A stretch of DNA of 64,000 bases from Calditrichales bacterium (GTDB lineage: Bacteria; Calditrichota; Calditrichia; Calditrichales; J004). Under the pieces are notes generated by a model, which saw only the letters and a program-made list of their open reading frames with translations, did no database searches and was not told the DNA's origin. The position numbers and the translations under genes are program-made. Positions 41,103 to 51,309 of the stretch are shown here, piece by piece. Location of the stretch: the NCBI GenBank assembly GCA_965267575.1, contig OZ254086.1, positions 1,440,001 to 1,504,000 of the forward strand, in the 5' to 3' direction. The stretch's first letter is position 1, and each line of letters begins with the position of its first letter.

Positions 41103-42140
41103 TCAGTAAATTTTAAATCGTTGAACGCCCTGGTAGACTTCCTTGCTGACCACCTTTACGATGCCGGTTGCTGGAACTGCCAGCAGCATCCCGATGATTC
41201 CGAAAAACTGGCCCCCAATCAGAATAGCCAAGATAATGGTGAGCGGGTGCAGATTTACACTGCGCGCCAGCACCAACGGTTGAATCAGGATGTTGTCGAT
41301 CAGCTGAACAATGGAAAAGGCGGCAATGACCCATAATATTTCCTGAACGCTCCCATCGTTTAACGCGACTACCGAAACGGCCGCCACCGCGCCTGCCATC
41401 GGGCCGACATAAGGGATCATATTGGCCAGCCCGGCAAAAACACCTATCATAACGAAATAGGGCACGTTAAGAATCCACATGGCTATCAGCGCCAGCAGGC
41501 CTACAAGAAAAGCATCCAGAAACTGACCGCGCAGATAATCGCCAAGCTGCAGGTCCACTTTATACATCAGGTTCAGGGCCATCTCGAAGTAGCGGTTGGG
41601 AATGGCGCTTACCAGGGCCTTTTTCAGGCTGCGTCCGTCTTTTAGCAGGAAAAAGGCGGCAAACGGAATGATAACAATCGTTGATATAAGCGAAACAACA
41701 TCGAGCAAAATGGAGAAAAAGGAATCGGCCAACTGCTGCAAAAACGTACTGAGTTGATCCTGCAGGTGCAGCGATTGATCGGCCAGGATGGGAACATTGC
41801 TGCTTATGAATTGCTCAAGCTGCTGTATAAGACTGCTGGCTTTTCCGCCATGAAAGCCTTCCTGCAGCGCCGTGATTTCATGGGCAAGCGCGGGCGCGAG
41901 CAGCCAGCTCAATGCGGCAAAAAGAACAACCAGGCCGGCAAAAATAAAAACCGCTGCTTGTGTGCGCGATAAACCGCGGAATTCCAGGTAACTGGCAATC
42001 GGGTCAAGAATGTAGGCGATAAGCGCGGCGATGAGCAGCAAAATTACGATTTCATGCAGGGCAACAAGCAGCCAGATGGAGGCCGCCACTGCCCCCAGGC
42101 CAAACAGCGTTTTGATGATACGTCCGAAGGTTATGTCCAA
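41103..42140 (-). CDS. AI-2E family transporter
   Basis: AYILDP, FFLLKDG, YLRGQ, IPYVGP, LHPL, GMLLAVP. Confidence 0.92.
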   Translation of the reverse strand: MDITFGRIIKTLFGLGAVAASIWLLVALHEIVILLLIAALIAYILDPIASYLEFRGLSRTQAAVFIFAGLVVLFAALSWLLAPALAHEITALQEGFHGGKASSLIQQLEQFISSNVPILADQSLHLQDQLSTFLQQLADSFFSILLDVVSLISTIVIIPFAAFFLLKDGRSLKKALVSAIPNRYFEMALNLMYKVDLQLGDYLRGQFLDAFLVGLLALIAMWILNVPYFVMIGVFAGLANMIPYVGPMAGAVAAVSVVALNDGSVQEILWVIAAFSIVQLIDNILIQPLVLARSVNLHPLTIILAILIGGQFFGIIGMLLAVPATGIVKVVSKEVYQGVQRFKIY

Positions 42141-42704
42141 TCAAGCCTCCCCGGACGGAATCGATTCTTTGTTGCGCAGTGCTTCCAGTTCGGACTGCAT
42201 TTCATGCAGGCGCGTTTTGAGCTGCGAATTTTCAAGTGTGGTCAGACGCAGCCTTTCCGCGATCATTTGCGACAGCCGGCGTAGAATTTTATTGCCCACT
42301 TTGGGATTGGTTTCCAGCAGGTTAAACAGGTCGGGCTGGAAAAAGCCCCACAGGCTGGTCGGTTCCGTGGCCGTGGCCGAAGCAGTGCGCCGGCCTTCCA
42401 GGATCAGCGCCATCTCGCCAAAAAAATCGCCGTTGGAGAGCAGCACCAGCAGCTTTTTCTGCTTGCCGATGGTGATGTTGACCTTGCCTTTTTCGATGAT
42501 GTACATACCAACACCGGGTTCGTTTTCGTGGAAGATCGTTTCATCGGCGCGGTAGGTGCGGCGGTGCAGAATGCGTTCGATTGCTTTCAACTCTTTATAG
42601 CTCAGGTCCTGGAAAATCGGCACGCGCTTGAGCAGCACGTAGATGTTTTCTTTTACGACTTTCTGGCGTTTAAAAATATTGGTCCAGTAAAACTCATCGG
42701 CCAT
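42141..42704 (-). CDS. Cyclic-nucleotide-binding domain protein without HTH
   Basis: IFHENEPG, YIIEKG, FFGEMAL..RRTASA; coiled-coil tail; ATG 42704. Confidence 0.85.
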   Translation of the reverse strand: MADEFYWTNIFKRQKVVKENIYVLLKRVPIFQDLSYKELKAIERILHRRTYRADETIFHENEPGVGMYIIEKGKVNITIGKQKKLLVLLSNGDFFGEMALILEGRRTASATATEPTSLWGFFQPDLFNLLETNPKVGNKILRRLSQMIAERLRLTTLENSQLKTRLHEMQSELEALRNKESIPSGEA

Positions 42705-42792
42705 ATAAATGTCATCCTTGTTGCTAGTTTTCCGCGGGAGGGAGAATATACAGGTCGTCCGTAATGATGGCAAAAATTAAAACGGGGTTGGG

Positions 42793-42840
42793 AGGGTCTG
42801 GGAGTCTGGAAGTCTTGAAGTCCTGAAGTCTGGACGTCCG
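42793..42840 (+). repeat. Imperfect 8-bp tandem array (GAAGTCYK)
   Basis: AGGGTCTG GGAGTCTG GAAGTCTT GAAGTCCT GAAGTCTG GACGTCCG. Confidence 0.75.
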
Positions 42841-42907
42841 GTCGTGAGCCTGGATTGCATCGAGGGCGCTTTGTGGAATCAGCATTGTTGTTCTTGCCAA
42901 TGAATCC

Positions 42908-42972
42908 AACGCCGAAGGCGTGACAGGATTGTAGCAAAAGCCCAACCCAATTCTTAAAATCCCGAAGGGATG
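42908..42972 (+). repeat. Double-hairpin REP-like element, copy 1
   Basis: AACGCCGAAGGCGTGACAGGATTGTAGCA..AAAATCCCGAAGGGATG; second copy at 45480. Confidence 0.75.
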
Positions 42973-43025
42973 AAACAATGAACGGGCATATGCTAAAACT
43001 AAAAAAGCCCGGAAGCCGTGATCCC

Positions 43026-43064
43026 TTCAAGACTCCACGACTTCCCGACTATTGACTTCAAGAC
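43026..43064 (-). repeat. Inverted counterpart of the 42793 octamer array
   Basis: TTCAAGAC TCCACGAC TTCCCGAC TATTGAC TTCAAGAC. Confidence 0.6.
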
Positions 43065-43069
43065 ATCTT

Positions 43070-45025
43070 TTAGGACTTAATCGACGCGCGGCGGAAATAC
43101 CAGGCCAGGATAACAAAAAGCGCCAGCGCCAGCAGCCAGGCAAAATCTCCGGCCCAGGCAAAGCCGATACCATCCGGCGCCGTGCCCGATATAAACACAA
43201 CCGCGGCGATACCCACGCCCAGCAAGCCTTCTCCGCCAACCAAACCCGAGCCAAACAGGATGCCCCGTTCGCGGCGGCCGGTAGCTTCTTCCTCGCTGGC
43301 CGAATTTTTCTCCAGCCACAACTTGAGCATACCGCCCAGGAAAACGGCAAAGGTAGTCTTTAGCGGCAGGTAAACACCCACGGCAAAAGGCAGGCTGGGG
43401 ATCTTAAATACTTCGCAGAGCAAGGCAATGGCAATACCGATTCCGATAAAGGCCCAGGGCAGCGCGTTGTCAAAAATACCTTCGATAACCAGCTTCATCA
43501 GCGTGGCCTGCGGAGCGGGCAGTTCCTGTCCGCCAAAACCGTAGGCCTGGTCGAGCAGGATAACGGCGCCGGCCACAAATACAGCCGAGGTCAATACCCC
43601 GACCAGTTCACCCATTTGCTGGCGGCGCGGCGTGGCGCCAATCAGGAAACCGGTCTTTAAATCCTGCGATGTATCGCCCGCTATCGATGCGGCAATGGCT
43701 ACAATACAGCCTACCGTGATGGCAGCCACCTTTCCGGCGTCACCGTCAAAGCCCAGCAGCAGAAAAATGGCCGATGTGCCAATCAGCGTGGCGATGGTCA
43801 TGCCGCTTGTCGGGTTGGAGGTAACACCCACCAGACCGACAATACGCGAGGATACGGTGACAAAAAAGAAAGCGAAGATAACTACGAGGATAGCGCCGGC
43901 AATGCGGAAACCAAAAACCTCTATCGGGCCAAAAACGAACGGCACGAGGGCCATGACCAGGGCGATAATGGCGATGCCGATGCCGACGGTTTTGAGCGGC
44001 AGATCATCATCGGTGCGCAGAGAGACAAAGTTGCTGTCAGCCATGCGTTGTTTTAGTTGTTGCAGACCGATCTTGAAGCTTTCGATCATTGTGGGAATGC
44101 TTTTTATAAGTGTGACCAGTCCGGCCGTGGCCACGGCACCGGCCCCGATGTAGCGGATGTAGCGCGTCCAGATCAGCGCGGCGTCCATGTTGGCGATAAT
44201 CTTATCGGTTTCCGGGAAAAGCGGCATCGCGCGGTCAGCGCCCCAGATGGCGATACCCGGTATCAGTACCAGCGACGACAGCAGGCCTCCACCAACCATA
44301 ATCGTGGATATGCGCGGCCCCAGGATGTAGCCGACGCCGAACAAGGCGCTGGACATGGCCAGGGAGATTTCGCCCTTGGGCAAAAAAGGAATCTTGGCTT
44401 TTAACGTACGCGGTGTGAGGTGCAGCCAATCGACGATGAATTTGAACAGCATACCGCTGCCCAAACCAAGGAAAACATTCTTGGCGCGTGAACCGCCCAC
44501 TTCACTGGCAACAAGCACTTCGGCACAGGCGGTGCCCTCCGGATAGGGCAGATGTCCGTGTTCGCGGGCGATCAGGAAACGGCGCAGGGGAATCATAAAC
44601 AGTACACCGAGCAGGCCGCCAAACATGGCCAGCATAGTCATCTGTAATAGTGTCGGCGGCAGACCCCATAGAAACAGCGCCGGCAGAGTAAAGATAATCC
44701 CGCTGGCCAGCGAGCTGGAGGCCGAGCCGATGGTTTGCGACAGGTTGGCTTCCAGGATGCTGCTTTGGTTGCCCATGGCCCGCAGCGCGCGGAAAGCGGC
44801 CACGGTCATAACGGCAACAGGGATGGAAGTAGAAATGGTCAGACCGGCATACAGGCCAAGGTAGGCGTTGGCGGCGCCAAACATCACGCCGAACAGGATC
44901 CCGGCGATAAGCGTTTTGGCGGTAAATTCAACCGGACTTTCCTGTGAGGGCACAAACGGTTCGTAGGTTTCTCCTTTTTCAAGCGGACGGTAAGCGTTCA
45001 GATCCAGGCCTTCTTTGCTCGCCAT
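43070..45025 (-). CDS. OPT-family oligopeptide transporter
   Basis: NAYLGLYAG, LPYPEGTACA, NPTSGM, SQDLKTG, PAPQA; ATG 45025. Confidence 0.93.
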   Translation of the reverse strand: MASKEGLDLNAYRPLEKGETYEPFVPSQESPVEFTAKTLIAGILFGVMFGAANAYLGLYAGLTISTSIPVAVMTVAAFRALRAMGNQSSILEANLSQTIGSASSSLASGIIFTLPALFLWGLPPTLLQMTMLAMFGGLLGVLFMIPLRRFLIAREHGHLPYPEGTACAEVLVASEVGGSRAKNVFLGLGSGMLFKFIVDWLHLTPRTLKAKIPFLPKGEISLAMSSALFGVGYILGPRISTIMVGGGLLSSLVLIPGIAIWGADRAMPLFPETDKIIANMDAALIWTRYIRYIGAGAVATAGLVTLIKSIPTMIESFKIGLQQLKQRMADSNFVSLRTDDDLPLKTVGIGIAIIALVMALVPFVFGPIEVFGFRIAGAILVVIFAFFFVTVSSRIVGLVGVTSNPTSGMTIATLIGTSAIFLLLGFDGDAGKVAAITVGCIVAIAASIAGDTSQDLKTGFLIGATPRRQQMGELVGVLTSAVFVAGAVILLDQAYGFGGQELPAPQATLMKLVIEGIFDNALPWAFIGIGIAIALLCEVFKIPSLPFAVGVYLPLKTTFAVFLGGMLKLWLEKNSASEEEATGRRERGILFGSGLVGGEGLLGVGIAAVVFISGTAPDGIGFAWAGDFAWLLALALFVILAWYFRRASIKS

Positions 45026-45097
45026 ATACTCTCCCAAATGTTATGGTTGAAAAATAAAGGGCTAAGTGTAAGAATTGCGGTTGAAACAGGCAAGTTC

Positions 45098-45618
45098 TTA
45101 ACCACAGAGAACGCGGAGGTTTTCACAGAGGGCACGGAGTATTTTTACTGAATGGTCTTTTTCATTTTCATTATTTTAATCTTTCTCCGTCTTTGTGGTG
45201 GTGAGAATTGAGATGGTAGGCGTAAATATGCGATTCAATCATTTTAATAATGATTATGTCCCTGACGGGACTTGTGGGGTATAGGCATTTTGCCTGTCTA
45301 CCAACATTATGCTCCTGACGGGGCCTTATTGTAACATTTAGATTAAGGGTATTTTTGAATTAGTATTCTTTCTCATTTTAATTCTCTTAATCGTTATTCG
45401 TTTTTTTGTGGTGGGAGAATGGGAACACGGAGCACACAAGTGGCGCAGATAAATCCAAAGATCTGCGATGGGTCTTTCAAACGCCGAAGGCGTGGCAGGA
45501 TTATAGCATAAGTATCCCAATATTTCTCCAAAATCGCGAAGGGATGGTATAGAGGTCGCGCCCATCCGCACCAACCCAACCATTCATTAATTCAATAATT
45601 CAACGATTCGTCACTCCA
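45098..45618. repeat. Intergenic cluster of several repeat families
   Basis: CACAGAG/CACGGAG units 45104-45140; ~60-bp imperfect direct repeat near 45155-45210 and 45365-45422; ATTAT-GYYCCTGACGGGRC at 45258 and 45311; REP-like copy 2 at 45480-45546; octamer array 45581-45610. Confidence 0.7.
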
Positions 45619-45624
45619 CCCGTC

Positions 45625-46431
45625 TCACATATCCCTCTTGGCAAACACGCCGTAGGCCGCGGCGCTGAATACCGCAAACAGACTTCCCAAATAAATAAAG
45701 GCACGTGTAAAATTATAATCACCCGCGCCGATTTGCGTGGGCTGGTAATAGCCAAACAGGCTCCAGGGCTGCAGGAATTCGATATCCGGCCAGATGCGGA
45801 TGATGGCGTCGAGAACGAAAAGAACGACCAGGATACCGGCGCTCCAACCGATGGTGCGGCCACGGTAGCTGTTCAACACCGCCACCAGCATGACAATCGC
45901 GCCAACGGCGGTGAAAAAAAACCAACCGACAGCGGCAATTACCAGCAGGCTTTGAACGGGCATGGGCTCATCCAGCCCGGAGAGCACTTTGCCGATATAA
46001 CTGCCCAAAAGCATAACAGCGAATGTCAGCAACACGGCAATCATAACATACACCTGCACCGCCAGCAGCAGTTTTGGCCGCGGCAGTACGCGGTTGGCCA
46101 AAAGCTCAATACCGCGCGTTTCGATTTCCGCGGTGATGTGTCCGCTGAAGGCGGCAATGCCGATACTGCTCAGCAACAGCAGCACGGAAGGATGGCCAAA
46201 GCCAAAAGCGAGAAACTGTTTGCCGCTGAACGTCTCGCCGATGAGGCCGGAAACCTGCTTGATAAAGCCCGGCATCACCTGGTAGAGGCTTTCCATAAAC
46301 AGGCGCAGTTCCGAAGTGGCCAGGATGTAGGCATATAAAATCTGCATGATGCCGGTAAACAACATGGTCAGCAACAGGACCCAGCGCTGGCGGTAAAAAA
46401 TCATCCGCAGGTGATACAAAAAAGCCATCAT
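45625..46431 (-). CDS. ABC-2 type transporter permease
   Basis: Six TM helices, ITAEIETRGIELL, WSLFGYY, FAKRDM. Confidence 0.85.
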   Translation of the reverse strand: MMAFLYHLRMIFYRQRWVLLLTMLFTGIMQILYAYILATSELRLFMESLYQVMPGFIKQVSGLIGETFSGKQFLAFGFGHPSVLLLLSSIGIAAFSGHITAEIETRGIELLANRVLPRPKLLLAVQVYVMIAVLLTFAVMLLGSYIGKVLSGLDEPMPVQSLLVIAAVGWFFFTAVGAIVMLVAVLNSYRGRTIGWSAGILVVLFVLDAIIRIWPDIEFLQPWSLFGYYQPTQIGAGDYNFTRAFIYLGSLFAVFSAAAYGVFAKRDM

Positions 46432-47330
46432 GCGCGGCGATTCCCTTCACGGTAAAAGTCCATAAAATAATCTTCCAGCGAGGAAGGCGGGATATGCAGG
46501 TCTGCCACGTCAAATTGTGCCAGAAGCTTGACCAGCTTGTCGCTTTGCCCATCGATCTCCAGTTCCATAAAATGGCCTTCGCTGTGGCGAATGTTAAAAT
46601 GGCCGGCCAGCTTTTGCGGGTCTACAGGCGTTTTAAACCAGATTTTGGCAAAGCGCGGCAGACGCTTTTTTAGGTTCTCCAGGCTGTCCTGTTCCACAAG
46701 CACCCCGTCTTTGATGATGCCCACATGGTGACACACTTTTTCAACCTCGGCCAGGTTGTGCGAGGAGAAAAAGACCGTATGGCCGGCCGCGGCAAACTCA
46801 CGCACATAATTATATAAGGTGCTTTGCATCAGCGGATCCAGGCGCTCGGAAGGTTCATCGAGTATGAGCAGCTGCGGCTTATGCTGCATGGCCTGGATCA
46901 GGATAAGCTTTTGCTTCATGCCCTGCGAGTACTGGCCGATTTTTTTATCCAGGTCGCGCGGGGTGAGTTTGAAATCATCGCACAATTTTTGACGCCACGC
47001 CGCATCGGCGGGCAGAAAACGTCCCCAGTAATCCAGCGCCTGGCGACCGTTTAACCCGCCAAACAGGTGCACTTCGCCGGGCACTACGCCAATCCGCCTT
47101 GCTACATCTGCAAAACGGGACGGCACTTCCTGACCCAGCACTGAAATCGAACCGCTATTGGCTTTGGCGAGATTGAGCAGCATGCGGATGGTGGTGGTTT
47201 TACCCGCACCGTTAGCGCCAAGGTAGCCGTAGATCGTGCCTCGCGGCACGTGCAGGTTTACTTTATCGACCGCAGCAAAATTGCCAAAGTATTTGCTCAG
47301 CTGCCGTGTTTCAATGGCTGTATCACTCAT
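46428..47330 (-). CDS. ABC transporter ATP-binding protein
   Basis: GANGAGKTT, YSQGMKQK, LILDEP, SSH. Confidence 0.93.
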   Translation of the reverse strand: MSDTAIETRQLSKYFGNFAAVDKVNLHVPRGTIYGYLGANGAGKTTTIRMLLNLAKANSGSISVLGQEVPSRFADVARRIGVVPGEVHLFGGLNGRQALDYWGRFLPADAAWRQKLCDDFKLTPRDLDKKIGQYSQGMKQKLILIQAMQHKPQLLILDEPSERLDPLMQSTLYNYVREFAAAGHTVFFSSHNLAEVEKVCHHVGIIKDGVLVEQDSLENLKKRLPRFAKIWFKTPVDPQKLAGHFNIRHSEGHFMELEIDGQSDKLVKLLAQFDVADLHIPPSSLEDYFMDFYREGNRRA

Positions 47331-47435
47331 TAGCCGGTCAATTTCCTTTTTTGTTTGCCAAGCCCGAATAGATTTATGAGCTTTCCTTCGTTAAATTAAA
47401 GACTCTATCGAACTTCAAAGCAAGGAGATATATTC

Positions 47436-49703
47436 ATGGTCTTCGATCTGGAAATGATCAAAAAAACATATCAACAGTTTCCGGCACGCATCGCGGCCGC
47501 CCGCAAAGCTCTGGGCCGTCCCCTGAGCCTAACCGAAAAAATTCTCTACAGCCACCTGTGGGACGGCGAAGCGACAAAAGCCTTTACGCGCGGCAAAGAT
47601 TACGTGGAATTTGCGCCCGACCGCGTTGCCATGCAAGACGCCACGGCGCAGATGGCCCTGCTGCAGTTTATGCAGGCCGGACGTAAAAAAGCGGCAGTGC
47701 CCTCCACGGTCCATTGCGATCACCTGATCCAGGCGCAGGCCGGGGCACACACCGACCTGAACCATGCCCTGGAAACCAACCGTGAAGTTTACGACTTCCT
47801 GGAGTCGGTTTCCAATAAGTACGGTATCGGTTTCTGGAAGCCCGGCGCGGGTATTATCCACCAGGTAGTTCTGGAAAACTACGCCTTTCCCGGCGGCATG
47901 ATGATCGGGACCGACTCGCATACGGTAAATGCCGGTGGCCTGGGTATGGTGGCCATTGGTGTGGGCGGCGCCGACGCCGTGGATGTGATGGCCGGTATGC
48001 CGTGGGAGCTCAAATTTCCAAAGTTGATTGGTGTAAAACTCACAGGAAAGCTCAGCGGATGGACCGCCTCTAAGGATGTGATTTTAAAAGTGGCCGGGAT
48101 TTTAACGGTTAAGGGCGGCACGGGCTGCATCCTGGAGTATTTTGGTGAAGGCGCCAAAAGCCTCTCCTGCACCGGTAAAGGCACCATCTGTAATATGGGT
48201 GCAGAGATCGGCGCCACCACCTCCACCTTTGGCTACGACCAGAAAATGTCCGAGTATCTGCGCGGCACAGACCGTGCGGAGGTTGCAGACCTGGCCGACA
48301 AGATTGCCGAACACCTGACGGGCGACAAAGAGGTATATGACAATCCTGAAAAATATTTTGACCAGGTTATCGAGATTAATCTCTCCGAACTGGAGCCGCA
48401 CATTAACGGGCCGTTTACACCGGACCTGGCCACGCCGATTTCGCAGTTTGGCAAAAAGGTCAAGCAGGAAGGCTGGCCGCAAAAACTGGAAGTGGGCCTG
48501 ATCGGGTCGTGCACCAACAGCTCTTATGAAGACATTACGCGCGCGGCTTCCGTTGCCAAAGCGGCCGCCGACAAAGGCCTCAAGGCCATATCCGAATTTA
48601 CGATCACCCCGGGTTCGGAGCAGGTGCGATTTACAGTGGAGCGTGACGGTTACCTGGATACATTCGAGCAAATCGGCGGCGTGGTATTGGCCAATGCCTG
48701 CGGTCCCTGCATCGGGCAGTGGAAGCGGCACGGCGCGGAGAAAAAAGAGAAAAATTCGATTATTACCTCCTTTAACCGCAACTTTGCCAAGCGCAACGAC
48801 GGCAATCCCAATACGCACAGCTTTGTGGCTTCACCGGAACTGGTAACCGCCATGGCGCTTGCCGGCGATCTGACATTCAATCCGCTGAAGGACACGTTAA
48901 AAAATGAAAAAGGCGAAGATGTGAAGCTGCCGGAGCCGCTTGGCCTGGAGATGCCCTCCAAAGGTTTTGCTGTGGAAGATGCAGGCTACATCGAACCGGC
49001 CAAAGACGGCTCGGGGCTTGAGGTGAAAGTCGATCCTTCATCGGACCGTTTACAACTGCTGGCGCCCTTTGAGCCGTGGGATGGCAAAAACATTAGCGGC
49101 ATGAAGCTGCTGATCAAAGCAAAGGGAAAATGCACCACCGACCATATCTCCATGGCCGGACCGTGGCTGCGTTACCGCGGACACCTGGACAATATCGCCA
49201 ACAACACGTTGACAGGCGCCATCAACTTTTTCAATGATGAAGCGGGCGTGGTGAAAAACCGGCTGACCGGAGAATATCAACCTGTTCCGGATGTGGCACG
49301 TGCTTACAAAAAAGAGGGTATCCCGACTATCGTCGTGGGTGACGAAAACTACGGGGAGGGCTCGTCCCGCGAGCACGCCGCCATGCAGCCGCGGCACCTG
49401 GGTGTGCGTGCCGTGCTGGTTCGTTCCTTCGCGCGTATCCACGAAACCAACCTGAAGAAGCAGGGCATGCTGGCACTAACCTTCGCCAACCCGGCCGACT
49501 ACGACAAGATCCGTGAAGACGATGATATTGATTTTGCCGATCTGGACAAATTCGCGCCGGACAAGCCTCTGACGCTGGTTCTGCGGCACAGTGACGGCAG
49601 CGAGGATCAGATCAAGGCTAACCATTCCTACAATGCGCAGCAGATTGCCTGGTTAAGGGCCGGCTCCGCGTTGAACATGATCCGCCAGCAAAACAAGAAT
49701 TAA
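47436..49703 (+). CDS. acnA: Aconitate hydratase, mitochondrial-like type
   Basis: [50 protein letters not shown]. Confidence 0.95.
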   Translation: MVFDLEMIKKTYQQFPARIAAARKALGRPLSLTEKILYSHLWDGEATKAFTRGKDYVEFAPDRVAMQDATAQMALLQFMQAGRKKAAVPSTVHCDHLIQAQAGAHTDLNHALETNREVYDFLESVSNKYGIGFWKPGAGIIHQVVLENYAFPGGMMIGTDSHTVNAGGLGMVAIGVGGADAVDVMAGMPWELKFPKLIGVKLTGKLSGWTASKDVILKVAGILTVKGGTGCILEYFGEGAKSLSCTGKGTICNMGAEIGATTSTFGYDQKMSEYLRGTDRAEVADLADKIAEHLTGDKEVYDNPEKYFDQVIEINLSELEPHINGPFTPDLATPISQFGKKVKQEGWPQKLEVGLIGSCTNSSYEDITRAASVAKAAADKGLKAISEFTITPGSEQVRFTVERDGYLDTFEQIGGVVLANACGPCIGQWKRHGAEKKEKNSIITSFNRNFAKRNDGNPNTHSFVASPELVTAMALAGDLTFNPLKDTLKNEKGEDVKLPEPLGLEMPSKGFAVEDAGYIEPAKDGSGLEVKVDPSSDRLQLLAPFEPWDGKNISGMKLLIKAKGKCTTDHISMAGPWLRYRGHLDNIANNTLTGAINFFNDEAGVVKNRLTGEYQPVPDVARAYKKEGIPTIVVGDENYGEGSSREHAAMQPRHLGVRAVLVRSFARIHETNLKKQGMLALTFANPADYDKIREDDDIDFADLDKFAPDKPLTLVLRHSDGSEDQIKANHSYNAQQIAWLRAGSALNMIRQQNKN

Positions 49704-49715
49704 GACACACAGATG

Positions 49716-49745
49716 AGGGCTGTTCAAAAGACAGCCCTTTTTTAT
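49716..49745 (+). terminator. Intrinsic terminator after aconitase
   Basis: AGGGCTGT-tcaaaag-ACAGCCCT then T-run. Confidence 0.75.
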
Positions 49746-49749
49746 ATCC

Positions 49750-51090
49750 ATGAACAAACCCGTTTCACCACTAAAAATCCAACTTATAGCCGAGAAATCC
49801 GCTTTTGAAGAGCGTCTCGGAAGAGCTCTTGGTGACGACTTTGAACTTAAACGCGTCACGCTTAAAACCTGGCTCTCCGGCGCCTTTAGCAATATGTCCT
49901 GCGGTTTGCAGATTATTTGCAGCCCGATCCCGGTGACTCTCTCGGAGGCGCTATTGGATGAGATTGAGGTGCGCTCACAGGCGGCGCCGGTTTTGCTGCT
50001 GGTGGATAAAAAGGACATTCCCTTTGGTGTGCAGGCACTCGCTCGGGGCGCTTTCCAATACGTAAAAATGCCGCTGGCTGACGAAGAGCTGAAGCTTCTG
50101 GTTACAACCGCGGTTGACCAGCCGGGTGCGGAGGAGACAAAGGAAGCTGTTGAAGGCCTGGATCAGCTTATCGGGCAGGCTGCCGTTATGCGCTCACTTT
50201 ATGACCTGGTCCATAATGCCGCGGAAAGCGATATACCGGTTTTGATCCTCGGTGAAACGGGCACGGGCAAAGACCTGGTGGCTCAGGCGATCCATAATAT
50301 GAGTTCCAGGAGCGCTGAAAATTATATCCCGGTTAACCTGGGTGCCATCCCGCGTGATTTGATTGGCAATGAATTGTTTGGCCATGAAAAAGGCGCTTTT
50401 ACCGGAGCGCAGAAAAAGCACAGCGGCGTGTTTGAGCAGGCCGCCGGCGGCACCGTTTTTCTGGATGAGATAGATACGGTTGATGAAAAAGTGCAGATCA
50501 GCCTGTTGCGCCTTCTGGAACAAAAACGCTTTAAGCGACTGGGCGGTAAGCGTTTTATAAAAAGCCATGCCCGCGTTATCGCTGCTACCAACAACGATCT
50601 TGTGGAGCTTGTAAAAAGCGGTAATTTCCGCCAGGACCTCTTTTTCCGGCTCGACGTTTTTCGTATTACCGTGCCCCCGCTGCGCGAAAGGCGTGAAGAT
50701 ATCCCCATGCTCAGCCGTCATTTTCTGGCCCTGTTCAGGCGCACGATGAAGCGCAAAGTCAATCAAATCGGGAATGCCTGTATGCAGGCCCTGCAAAATT
50801 ACGACTGGCCTGGAAACGTGCGCGAGCTGAAAAACGTTATTCAGCGGGCAACACTGGTCTGCGAAGACGAAGCTTTAGGGCCTGAACATTTGCCGCCGCG
50901 TTTCCAAAAGCACCATAAGCCTGCCGATACCATCACCATCAAAATCGGCACTCCTTTGGCCGATGTGGAAAAGACCATGGTGGAGCAGGCCTTGCGTCTT
51001 TCCGCAAATAACCGCACGGAAGCCGCCCGTTTGCTGGGAATTAGCAGAAGAGCCATCTATAATAAACTAAAAAAATACGGCCTTCTGTAA
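49750..51090 (+). CDS. Sigma-54-dependent activator (NtrC-like) with degenerate receiver domain
   Basis: GETGTGKD, ELFGHEKGAFTGA, FLDEI, WPGNVREL, Fis-type HTH. Confidence 0.93.
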   Translation: MNKPVSPLKIQLIAEKSAFEERLGRALGDDFELKRVTLKTWLSGAFSNMSCGLQIICSPIPVTLSEALLDEIEVRSQAAPVLLLVDKKDIPFGVQALARGAFQYVKMPLADEELKLLVTTAVDQPGAEETKEAVEGLDQLIGQAAVMRSLYDLVHNAAESDIPVLILGETGTGKDLVAQAIHNMSSRSAENYIPVNLGAIPRDLIGNELFGHEKGAFTGAQKKHSGVFEQAAGGTVFLDEIDTVDEKVQISLLRLLEQKRFKRLGGKRFIKSHARVIAATNNDLVELVKSGNFRQDLFFRLDVFRITVPPLRERREDIPMLSRHFLALFRRTMKRKVNQIGNACMQALQNYDWPGNVRELKNVIQRATLVCEDEALGPEHLPPRFQKHHKPADTITIKIGTPLADVEKTMVEQALRLSANNRTEAARLLGISRRAIYNKLKKYGLL

Positions 51091-51127
51091 ACTATCTTCA
51101 CGGCTTGTCGCCTGAAAACCAAACCCC

Positions 51128-51182
51128 GTACCATACCTGCACACTCTTTTTTGAAATACCACTAAGTGTACCGATCGTGCAC
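51128..51182 (+). promoter_or_regulatory. Two candidate upstream activator boxes GTACC-N5-TGCAC
   Basis: GTACCATACCTGCAC at 51128 and GTACCGATCGTGCAC at 51168, 40 bp apart, upstream of the sigma-54 site. Confidence 0.5.
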
Positions 51183-51259
51183 GATCTGGCTTGCGTAAAT
51201 TCCCGCATTTTGCTGTCGCGCAAAGGCTTAAATTCCGTAAATACAGTTATTTAAGGTTC

Positions 51260-51275
51260 TGGCATGGGTGTTGCT
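51260..51275 (+). promoter_or_regulatory. Sigma-54 (-24/-12) promoter
   Basis: TGGCATGGGTGTTGCT: GG-N10-GC, close match to TGGCAC-N5-TTGCW. Confidence 0.8.
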
Positions 51276-51309
51276 TTTATATATGGCAAACAAAAGCGAG
51301 GTGATATGC

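Noticed and set aside
42653-45583. ORFs 42653..43030, 42724..42978, 45338..45583 and 45394..45579 with similar peptides
   Set aside because: The similarity comes from translating the shared REP-like element
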